DNA of 64,000 bases from positions 5,362 through 69,361 of the forward strand of contig PTKS01000009.1 of assembly GCA_002937855.1 (NCBI GenBank), written 5' to 3'. Positions 9,482 through 16,692 of this stretch are shown here, piece after piece. Below the pieces are notes generated by a model that searched no databases, was not told the origin of the DNA, and saw only the letters and a program-made list of their open reading frames with translations. A program made the translations under genes and the position numbers. Source of the stretch: Alphaproteobacteria bacterium MarineAlpha5_Bin12 (GTDB taxonomy: Bacteria; Pseudomonadota; Alphaproteobacteria; HIMB59; GCA-002718135). Positions within the stretch are counted from its first letter, which is position 1. Each line of letters begins with the position of its first letter.

Positions 9482-10197
9482 ATTGATTTTGTAAGCCCTC
9501 CATCAACCCTTATGTTTTGACCAGTTATGTAAGAGGCACCATCAGAAGCAAGGAAGCACACTACTTCAGATATTTCATTTACTTTACCAAATCTTTTTAG
9601 AGGTATGCGATGTAAAAATTTATCAAAATTAAATTTCTTTTTTTGCTCTTTAGTCATACTATCAATCATTCCTGGTAATATATTATTTATTCTAATGTTA
9701 TCTGATGCATATTTGTCAGCAAATAATTTTGTAAAATTTGCTAAACCAGCTCTAAAAGGACCGGAAGTTGGGCTAATTGGATCTGGTTCAAGTGCAGAAA
9801 AAGTAGATATATTTATTATAACACCTGATTTTTGTTTTTTCATAATAGGTGTAACTAATCTTGAAGCACGGACCACGTTCATTAAATAAACATCTAAACC
9901 TTTATGCCAATCTTCATCAGTTAGCTCAAGAATAGGTTTTTTTGGTCCGTGTCCCGCACTATTAACTAAAACATCTACACGTCCCCATTTTTTTATTGTT
10001 AGATCAACAATTTTTTTTAAATCTTTATTCAATAAATTAGATCCTGTATACCCAATACCTTTGAGTTTTTTTGCCAATTTCTCTCCTTTTCCAGAAGATG
10101 ATAATATAGAAACCTTAAATCCTTTTGAGGAAAGTTTTTTAGCCGAGTCTGCGCCCATGCCAGTTCCACCAGCAATTATAATTGCAACTTTATTCAT
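9478..10197 (-). CDS. Short-chain dehydrogenase/reductase (divergent)
   Basis: 239 aa. IIAGGTGMGA, NSAG, SDR-like length. It overlaps the downstream SDR by 4 nt. Confidence 0.75.
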   Translation of the reverse strand: MNKVAIIIAGGTGMGADSAKKLSSKGFKVSILSSSGKGEKLAKKLKGIGYTGSNLLNKDLKKIVDLTIKKWGRVDVLVNSAGHGPKKPILELTDEDWHKGLDVYLMNVVRASRLVTPIMKKQKSGVIINISTFSALEPDPISPTSGPFRAGLANFTKLFADKYASDNIRINNILPGMIDSMTKEQKKKFNFDKFLHRIPLKRFGKVNEISEVVCFLASDGASYITGQNIRVDGGLTKSI

Positions 10198-10297
10198 TAA
10201 ATTAATCTTATCACTAAAAGTTAATTATGTTGATAAAAAAATATTAAATACTGTCAATAATATATAAAATAATAGAATTATATATTAAGTACTCATA

Positions 10298-10867
10298 ATG
10301 AATAAAAAGGCTAAAGCTATTTTAGATTTTTGGTTTATAAAAACTTCTCCAGAAGAAAAGTTCAATCGTAATGATGAATTTGATAAGAAAATAAAAGATC
10401 TTTTCTTAGAAGATTATAAAAAAGCGACAAACAATGAATATGATTATTGGCAAGAAAGTGCTGAAGAATGTTTAGCATTAATAGTATTATTAGATCAATT
10501 TTCCCGAAACTTATTTAGAAATGATCCTAAAGCATTTGCAATGGATTATAAAGCTCAAGCAATTGCTAAAAATGCTATAAATCGAAATTATCACAAATTA
10601 CTATCTAATAACTATATTTTATTTATTTTTTTACCTTTAATGCATAGTGAAGAGTTGGATGACCAATTACAGTGCAATAAATTGATTGATGAATACTTAA
10701 AAGATAATAAGAACTATAAAGAAATAAGTAAATTCACAAATATACACTTAGATATAATTAAAAAATTTGGAAGATTCCCATATAGGAATAAAGTATTAAA
10801 AAGAAAGAATACGAAAAAAGAAAATGATTATTTGAATTCTACTCATCATGGATTTTTTAATATTTAA
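10298..10867 (+). CDS. DUF924 family protein
   Basis: 189 aa. LLDQFSRNLFR and HSE motifs are characteristic of DUF924. Confidence 0.7.
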   Translation: MNKKAKAILDFWFIKTSPEEKFNRNDEFDKKIKDLFLEDYKKATNNEYDYWQESAEECLALIVLLDQFSRNLFRNDPKAFAMDYKAQAIAKNAINRNYHKLLSNNYILFIFLPLMHSEELDDQLQCNKLIDEYLKDNKNYKEISKFTNIHLDIIKKFGRFPYRNKVLKRKNTKKENDYLNSTHHGFFNI

Positions 10868-12318
10868 TTATTATTTTTTAAAGTTTCATTAATTTGATTT
10901 GCTAATAATGCATAACCTTCATTAGTATAATGATTTGGAAGTTCAAATGGGAAATAACTAAGTGGATTTTCTTGATTACTCAAAACATCATTAAAATCGA
11001 CAACTTGTATATCTAAAGATTTAACAATATTTATTAATTCTTTTTTATTTTGCAAAAAAGGTTTATTATTTGTATATTCCTCCCAGCTTGGCAAATATAT
11101 AAAATAAAAATTACCACCCCAGCTTTCAGTAGTTTCTTTTGCTTTTAACAATATTTTAGAAAAATCATTTTTAGTTTCTTCAGCACAAAAATAATCTACA
11201 CAAGAATATTTATTATCATATAAATTAAGTAAATTTCGAATATTTGTAAATTTGAAAAAAAACAATATTTCTAAAAATTTTCCATGAATATTATCTTGGA
11301 TAATTAATTGTGATTTTAAAAATTTTGCTTCTTTTTTTTTCTTAAATTCTTTTACCATTATATCTACTGCAGAAATTCTTTTGTCCAAATATTTGGATAA
11401 GAAGTTATCTATTTCATCTTGTCTATTGATCAAATTTTGAGAATAATCATTATTTAAATATTTTATTAATATTTCATTTTTCAATTCAGAGAATAAATCT
11501 TCTACATCACCTCTAAAATAAAACCATAGAAGATTTTTTGGTTTATAAATAGAGGCATATTCTTTTAAAATTGCTAATTCGATTAATGGGCCGCTTCCAG
11601 CATAACCATAATTCAAAGAGGTATAATTAAATTTTCTTAAATGGCTTGTCACATCTTCATCCATTTTAACGCAAGCTCCTTGCACAAAAGAATCTCCGAT
11701 TGATATAATATCTATATTTTTTTTATATGCGTAATTGGGATTATTAAATCCATATTTATCTGATTCATACTCAGCCCAATAACCTGATTCATTACAATTA
11801 ACTGTAAGTTTATTTGATATTCCACTGAGTGGATAAATATTATTTTCTAAACTATACCTCACTGCATCATTTTCGCTTTTAAAATCTTGTTTTCCTCTCC
11901 ATATACTTGGAGGAAAAATAGGAACAGGATCTAAACCCTGGGATGTTAAATCTTTCATATATTCTAATTTTGATCTGGGCTCATATAATTTTGCATTTTC
12001 TTGACTTTTTTTTAGAGCAAGACCTCTATTAAAAAATGTAGAATTAATAAGTAATATCTCTACAATTATTAAACTAATTATAATTGTGATAGATGAGATA
12101 GAAATTACCGCTTTCCACTCAGTATTTAAATAAAAAATTGTAAAAATATAAAATAATAAAATAACAATAATAATTGATAAAAAAAATAAATTAAATAGAA
12201 AACTGTGGGCTGGTACTCGGTATAAAAATAATAAAAATAAAAGAAAATTTGTTACAATAGCTGAAACTATTATAAAATTATTGAATTGTTTTAATAGTTT
12301 GTTTTCTAAATTTATCAT
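10864..12318 (-). CDS. Membrane-anchored SGNH/AlgX-AlgJ-like protein (putative polysaccharide O-acyl esterase/transferase)
   Basis: 484 aa. Three N-terminal hydrophobic helices, GDS block ISIGDSFVQG, Gly block GYAGSGP and a C-terminal HYTNEGYALLA block. Assignment is by motif only. Confidence 0.4.
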   Translation of the reverse strand: MINLENKLLKQFNNFIIVSAIVTNFLLFLLFLYRVPAHSFLFNLFFLSIIIVILLFYIFTIFYLNTEWKAVISISSITIIISLIIVEILLINSTFFNRGLALKKSQENAKLYEPRSKLEYMKDLTSQGLDPVPIFPPSIWRGKQDFKSENDAVRYSLENNIYPLSGISNKLTVNCNESGYWAEYESDKYGFNNPNYAYKKNIDIISIGDSFVQGACVKMDEDVTSHLRKFNYTSLNYGYAGSGPLIELAILKEYASIYKPKNLLWFYFRGDVEDLFSELKNEILIKYLNNDYSQNLINRQDEIDNFLSKYLDKRISAVDIMVKEFKKKKEAKFLKSQLIIQDNIHGKFLEILFFFKFTNIRNLLNLYDNKYSCVDYFCAEETKNDFSKILLKAKETTESWGGNFYFIYLPSWEEYTNNKPFLQNKKELINIVKSLDIQVVDFNDVLSNQENPLSYFPFELPNHYTNEGYALLANQINETLKNNN

Positions 12319-12329
12319 ATTTATATCCT

Positions 12330-12396
12330 TGGCGCGCCCGAGATGATTCGAACATCCGACCCCAGAATTAGGAATTCTGTACTCTATCCAAACTAG
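12330..12396 (-). repeat. Partial copy of the 3-prime ~67 nt of tRNA-Arg(CCT) (att-like scar; 5-prime acceptor arm absent)
   Basis: 12330-12380 is identical (51/51) to 13672-13722. There is one mismatch at 12381. Identity holds through ctctatccaa and then decays. Confidence 0.9.
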
Positions 12397-12414
12397 AAAT
12401 TAATTCAAGTCTTT

Positions 12415-12470
12415 CCGCGGGTTTTGAAAATGGAAAAGTGGTTTTTTGAAAGTGAAAAGAGACCTGAGAG
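12415..12470 (-). repeat. Left subterminal copy of a ~56-nt imperfect direct repeat (core 12432-12456)
   Basis: The core ggaaaag-tgg-ttttttgaa-a-gtgaa recurs at 13582-13607 as ggaaaag-ggtg-ttttttgaa-c-gtgaa. The flanks ccgYg and cct also recur. Confidence 0.6.
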
Positions 12471-12497
12471 AGACTTAAAAAATTTGATTAATTTCAT

Positions 12498-12731
12498 TCA
12501 TTTTCTAAAAATCCTATTTAACACTTTATAAGAAAAAATAGTTAATAGAATCCAAACGAAATAACCTAAAAGGTTAAACCAATAAAAAAAGCCTAAATCC
12601 TCCCTTACATAAGTCTCTATTTGCTCCCTCCCTACGTCGAATTGGTAATAAATCATCGCGCTAGCCATCGTTAAGATGAAACCTAGAAGGATTGCGGATA
12701 TCAGTTTTACGGTGAGTTTGAAATATTGCAT
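12498..12731 (-). CDS. Hypothetical 77-aa protein with two predicted transmembrane helices
   Basis: Hydrophobic stretches LISAILLGFILTMASAMIY and FYWFNLLGYFVWILLTIF. It is the last gene of the islet cassette. No family recognised. Confidence 0.5.
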   Translation of the reverse strand: MQYFKLTVKLISAILLGFILTMASAMIYYQFDVGREQIETYVREDLGFFYWFNLLGYFVWILLTIFSYKVLNRIFRK

Positions 12732-12741
12732 AATTTTTTCA

Positions 12742-13326
12742 TCATAATCCCGTCACATCAATATCATAGCCCTTACCCGTATCATAAGCTTTCAAATCCT
12801 CTTCTTGGTAAATTTTAGCTAGTTCTGGAATATTTGGTTCGTCTTCCTTTAAGGCTAAATAAATTTCAATTTGCTTATAATAATCACTTTTCCCAAATAT
12901 CGTAAAATTCAGTTCCTTGCTTGGTTCATTGGGATGAACAAAATTACCATAATCTCTTCTAAAAGGAATAATCTTGCTATCATAAGGAACAAACTCGTAG
13001 GTGTGCATAGATTGAAAAAGTTTATAATAAAAAATTGCGTAAGAGATCAAATAAGTCTCGATAAAAAAATTAGTCAAATCTTCATAGAGCTCCATTACAT
13101 CATCAATTGCCATCGGTGATAAGGTGTACGCGTAAATTCTCTTAATTTTCATATCCTTTTTCTCACAAGAGACACCGTAGTTTGTAAAAATCAAATTGGG
13201 GTTTGGCGGTAAATCAATATCGATGTCGTATTCTTCTTCTACTAATTCTTTTTTTGTAACTTCAAAGTTTGTTTCATCAAAAACTTCGCCTAATTTTAAA
13301 CCAAATAATCCCTCAAGTTTTTTCAT
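12742..13326 (-). CDS. Hypothetical 194-aa acidic cytoplasmic protein, no recognised family
   Basis: Longest ORF of the islet. Its start lies 1 nt after the stop of the upstream 72-aa ORF. Confidence 0.6.
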   Translation of the reverse strand: MKKLEGLFGLKLGEVFDETNFEVTKKELVEEEYDIDIDLPPNPNLIFTNYGVSCEKKDMKIKRIYAYTLSPMAIDDVMELYEDLTNFFIETYLISYAIFYYKLFQSMHTYEFVPYDSKIIPFRRDYGNFVHPNEPSKELNFTIFGKSDYYKQIEIYLALKEDEPNIPELAKIYQEEDLKAYDTGKGYDIDVTGL

Positions 13327-13327
13327 T

Positions 13328-13546
13328 TTATGATAATAATTTTTTCAATTCCTTTATTCGATTTTTAAAAACTATTTCTATTGATTTAATTGTTTTTAAT
13401 CGCTCTTTTTTATTATTTTCAATACTCTTGTATTTTATTAAAAACTTATTGATTGCCTTAATTGCTTCTTCGTCTTTTTTTTCCATAATTTTTTGCAACT
13501 TAATCAATTCAACAAAATCTTTTTTAGACGTTTTCTTTTTCATCAC
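13328..13546 (-). CDS. Hypothetical 72-aa Lys/Glu-rich, probably all-helical protein
   Basis: First gene of the islet cassette. Charged heptad-like sequence. No family recognised. Confidence 0.45.
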   Translation of the reverse strand: MMKKKTSKKDFVELIKLQKIMEKKDEEAIKAINKFLIKYKSIENNKKERLKTIKSIEIVFKNRIKELKKLLS

Positions 13547-13563
13547 GATTATCCTACCACCAA

Positions 13564-13620
13564 CCGTGAGGAATGTTGAGGGGAAAAGGGTGTTTTTTGA
13601 ACGTGAAGGAATCCTCTAGG
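13564..13620 (-). repeat. Right subterminal copy of the ~56-nt imperfect direct repeat (core 13582-13607)
   Basis: See the left copy. It lies between the tRNA 3-prime end and the first cassette gene. Confidence 0.6.
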
Positions 13621-13671
13621 TATCCAAAAAAGGAAATAAAAGAATATAAATAAAAATTTATCGCAGAAAAG

Positions 13672-13748
13672 TGGCGCGCCCGAGATGATTCGAACATCCG
13701 ACCCCAGAATTAGGAATTCTGTGCTCTATCCAACTGAGCTACGGGCGC
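13672..13748 (-). tRNA. tRNA-Arg (anticodon CCT), CCA encoded
   Basis: The reverse complement GCGCCCGTAGCTCAGTTGGATAGAGCACAGAATTCCTAATTCTGGGGTCGGATGTTCGAATCATCTCGGGCGCGCCA folds as a cloverleaf. It has a perfect 7-bp acceptor stem, GCTC/GAGC D stem, CAGAA/TTCTG anticodon stem with loop TTCCTAA, and a TTCGAAT T loop. Confidence 0.95.
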
Positions 13749-13762
13749 TTTAAATTATTATA

Positions 13763-14272
13763 TTAAAAAGACGACTGATAAGATAGAGACAAAATCTCAG
13801 TACCAGGATTTTTATTACCTAAGCTAGCATTAGAAATATGTCCGATACTTAAGCCAATTCTGTCGCCTGATGGTATTTCGTAGCTTAGCTCTAAAGTACT
13901 TCTGAACTGAACTACATTTCCTAGATCTTTACCATCTCCATTTGAATATAATCCACCGCCAAAACTTGGCGTTAAATAAATTTTTCTTGAAATTTTTTCT
14001 TCAACATAAAAACCTCCCAATCCGTATGCAGCACCATCGGAAGTTATTTCAATTCCATAAAAAGGTTTTATTGTATAAAGCGGCTCTACTGAAGGGCCAA
14101 GATCAAATATTTTTTTATCTAACCTTCTTTCAAAACGAAAATCTATCGCTTCATTTTTTTTCTTGTTAAAATCATATAAGCCTAAACCAAAAATATTTAA
14201 TTCATCAGAATTAGCAAAATTTGGTTTAAGAAATAAAAAAATTAATAAAAAACTAAATACTGTTATTTTCAC
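13763..14272 (-). CDS. Outer-membrane beta-barrel acyloxyacyl hydrolase (lipid A 3-O-deacylase PagL-like)
   Basis: 169 aa. Signal peptide, alternating beta-strand pattern, GHISNASLGNKNPGTE (HxSN catalytic motif) and a C-terminal aromatic residue. Confidence 0.65.
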   Translation of the reverse strand: MKITVFSFLLIFLFLKPNFANSDELNIFGLGLYDFNKKKNEAIDFRFERRLDKKIFDLGPSVEPLYTIKPFYGIEITSDGAAYGLGGFYVEEKISRKIYLTPSFGGGLYSNGDGKDLGNVVQFRSTLELSYEIPSGDRIGLSIGHISNASLGNKNPGTEILSLSYQSSF

Positions 14273-14322
14273 TAAATTTTTATAAGATAAAAAAAAAATA
14301 TATACAATATAATTATTAATAT

Positions 14323-15117
14323 TTATCTTTCTATAATATCAATTATATCAGCATTTGAAGAAAAAAGACCCGCAACAATTGGGCCGCCAAATCCAGAACC
14401 CTTATATAGAGAACATACTACTTCATTTTTATTTGGTCCTGTTTTTTTAGGATCATAACCCCTAACTAATTTCTTAAAATTATAATATGGCTTTGATGTT
14501 TTTGAAAAATTATGAAAGCCCCACCAGAAACAATCATTTTGTGCAGAAAGTGGTCTTGAAGTATCAACACCTCGATTAACAAATAAAATTTTTTCTGTAT
14601 TTGGAAAAGAGGCATGAACAAGATAAGAAAAATAATCGCTATGACCTTCATAATTATTAATTAAATTTTTTGCTTTAGTAGTCCATTTTGAAATCAAAAC
14701 TGTTCCTAACTCACAAGTTTTATATAGATCCTTAATATCCATACCATAGGATGATAATGTTTTATCCACCCCATGCTCATGCATCCAAGTTAAAATTTCT
14801 TTAGGGTTTGGAGAAAGGTGTAATTCTAATAATTTTGTTAACATTTCTTCTTGGGCACCTCTAAGAAAAATAAAAGAGCTTGGTTTTAATTTAAATTTTC
14901 CCATAATTTCAGCACGAAATTTAAGTATTTCATTTACAGAAGAAGAAGATTCTGGACCTACTCCAATTACATTTCCCAAGTAAATTATTGTATCATTTGC
15001 TTTAAATTCGCTAAAAATTACTTTGTGTATTTTTTTAATACTATCTACATTTCCATGTATTGAACCAATTGCCCAAATACGATCACAACCTTCTAATTTA
15101 CTAAATTTATTTAACAA
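14323..15117 (-). CDS. Metallophosphoesterase (ApaH/PrpA-like Ser/Thr phosphatase) homolog with all metal-binding motifs substituted
   Basis: Collinear with the GDxHG / GDxxDRG / RGNHE layout, but it reads IGSIHGN / LGNVIGVGP / LRGAQEE. Confidence 0.55.
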   Translation of the reverse strand: MLNKFSKLEGCDRIWAIGSIHGNVDSIKKIHKVIFSEFKANDTIIYLGNVIGVGPESSSSVNEILKFRAEIMGKFKLKPSSFIFLRGAQEEMLTKLLELHLSPNPKEILTWMHEHGVDKTLSSYGMDIKDLYKTCELGTVLISKWTTKAKNLINNYEGHSDYFSYLVHASFPNTEKILFVNRGVDTSRPLSAQNDCFWWGFHNFSKTSKPYYNFKKLVRGYDPKKTGPNKNEVVCSLYKGSGFGGPIVAGLFSSNADIIDIIER

Positions 15118-15123
15118 GAATAA

Positions 15124-15639
15124 TTACTTATTTTTTAAAATTGATTCTATTTTTTCTGTGGCTGAAAAATGATCTATTTTTTCAACTGAAGCTAATTCTC
15201 GGGCTAAACGCTCAACTGCCAATTGAAACATTTGTCTTTCACTATAAGATTGTTCTGGTTGATTATTTTTACGATAAAGATCTCTTACAACTTCACCTAT
15301 CATAATTGGGCTTCCAGAATTTATTTTGTTGGTATATTCTTGAGCTCTTCTGCTCCACATCATTCTCCTAACTTTAGCCTTACCTTTCAATAAATCTAAG
15401 GCTTCTTGCATAGTTTTTTTTGATGCTAATTTTCTTAAACCTACTTGAGAAATTTTATCAAATGGAACTTTAAGTACTAAGTTATCCTGCTCCATTTGTA
15501 TTGAGAGAAATTTTATTTTTACTTTATCAAATGTTAAATTTTCTATTGTATTAATTTGACCAACTCCATGGCTAGGGTAAACGACCATTTCCCCAATGTT
15601 AAACCCTGATGTGATTTTTTTTTTCTTTTTTTTTATCAT
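15124..15639 (-). CDS. carD: CarD/CdnL family RNA polymerase-binding transcription factor
   Basis: 171 aa. FNIGEMVVYPSHGVGQI N-terminal Tudor-like motif. Preceded by the unusual MIKKKKKKITSG. Confidence 0.9.
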   Translation of the reverse strand: MIKKKKKKITSGFNIGEMVVYPSHGVGQINTIENLTFDKVKIKFLSIQMEQDNLVLKVPFDKISQVGLRKLASKKTMQEALDLLKGKAKVRRMMWSRRAQEYTNKINSGSPIMIGEVVRDLYRKNNQPEQSYSERQMFQLAVERLARELASVEKIDHFSATEKIESILKNK

Positions 15640-15645
15640 ATTAAT

Positions 15646-15993
15646 TTATTTTTTAGGATCCCCTTCTCCGGGTTTATCACTAAAATGATTTTTGAATTTA
15701 TTTTCTAAATTTTCCCATTTTTTAGCATCTTCTGGTGGTTTTTTTATTTGAGTAATTAAAGGCCATACATCTGAATATTTTTTATTTAATTCTAACCACT
15801 TTTCCATACCTTCGTCAGAGTCTGGATGAATTGCATCTATTGGACATTCTGGTTCGCATACTCCACAATCTATACATTCATCAGGATGTATAACAAGCAT
15901 GTTCTCACCTTCATAAAAACAATCAACTGGACATACTTCTACGCAATCCATATATTTACATTTAATACATTTTTCATCTACAACATATGTCAT
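15646..15993 (-). CDS. fdxA: 7Fe ferredoxin (FdxA type)
   Basis: [41 protein letters not shown] carries the [3Fe-4S][4Fe-4S] cysteine pattern. Confidence 0.9.
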   Translation of the reverse strand: MTYVVDEKCIKCKYMDCVEVCPVDCFYEGENMLVIHPDECIDCGVCEPECPIDAIHPDSDEGMEKWLELNKKYSDVWPLITQIKKPPEDAKKWENLENKFKNHFSDKPGEGDPKK

Positions 15994-15997
15994 AATT

Positions 15998-16444
15998 TTA
16001 TTTTTCTAACTTCTTTTTAATTTTATTTTTTACAAGACCACTATCTACATCTTTAATATGAAGTAATCCAGAAATTCTTCTCATAAAATTTGACTCAAAG
16101 TCATCAACTATTTTGTTCACCAAAATAACCTCCCATAACATTTCCAATATCTCGAGCTTTTCAGAATAATTATATTTTTTATGAATTTTAGAGGTAAAAT
16201 TATGAAAAGAAGTGTTATTTTCCTTCACTATAATGGCTTCATTATAATATTTTTTAGCTGTTTCTTGATTTAAATCAAAATTTTTACAAACAATTTCTAT
16301 TATTTTATCTATTTCAATTTTTTCAATATTATCATCTATTGAAGAAGCTTCTATTAATAACGCTATTACATTAATAGTATCTTCGTTATTATCCTCTTTT
16401 AACTCACTATTTTGTTTTTTATCTGTAAAAAATTTTAAAATCAT
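15998..16444 (-). CDS. TerB-like (tellurite-resistance TerB family) protein
   Basis: 148 aa. [38 protein letters not shown] follows the TerB-family pattern conserved in alphaproteobacteria. Confidence 0.6.
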   Translation of the reverse strand: MILKFFTDKKQNSELKEDNNEDTINVIALLIEASSIDDNIEKIEIDKIIEIVCKNFDLNQETAKKYYNEAIIVKENNTSFHNFTSKIHKKYNYSEKLEILEMLWEVILVNKIVDDFESNFMRRISGLLHIKDVDSGLVKNKIKKKLEK

Positions 16445-16692
16445 TATTTTATTTGTTCATATGTAAGTTTGGTATCTTTTGGCGAAATTCTATTCTTAGG
16501 CAATTTTAGAATTTTTACAATATTAACCTTTTGATCTTTTGCAAGTGTTATTATATCATTTATAGATACATTATAACTTGAATTATATTTTTTTATCTTA
16601 TTTACCAATATATTTCCACTACTGCATGCTTCAGAAGATTTTGCTCTTGTATTAAAAAATCTTGAATAAAACAACCATTTATCTAAACGCAT
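16444..16692 (-). CDS. S4-domain RNA-binding protein (Hsp15-like)
   Basis: 82 aa. MRLDKWLFYSRFFNTRAKSSEACSSGNILVN is an S4 domain signature. Confidence 0.75.
   Translation of the reverse strand: MRLDKWLFYSRFFNTRAKSSEACSSGNILVNKIKKYNSSYNVSINDIITLAKDQKVNIVKILKLPKNRISPKDTKLTYEQIK

Larger units (their letters stand above)
12397..13671 (-). mobile_element. ~1.3-kb integrase-less islet bounded by tRNA-Arg and its duplicated 3-prime half (decayed prophage/island or satellite-like element)
   Basis: Flanked by the direct repeats above. It contains three orphan co-directional ORFs and no recognisable recombinase. Confidence 0.55.

Noticed and set aside
12498-13326. Elevated G+C of the islet as evidence of foreign origin. 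Two samples I counted, 12601-12700 and 13081-13140, are about 43% and 40% G+C.
   Set aside because: A sample of the core proX gene (6661-6720) is also about 40%, and the 72-aa ORF region of the islet is very AT-rich. Composition does not discriminate here.
12330-13748. Integrase, excisionase or transposase within or next to the tRNA-bounded islet.
   Set aside because: None of the three ORFs or the antisense ORFs (12871-13119, 13269-13619) shows recombinase motifs. The flanking genes are a PagL-like hydrolase and an SGNH-like protein.
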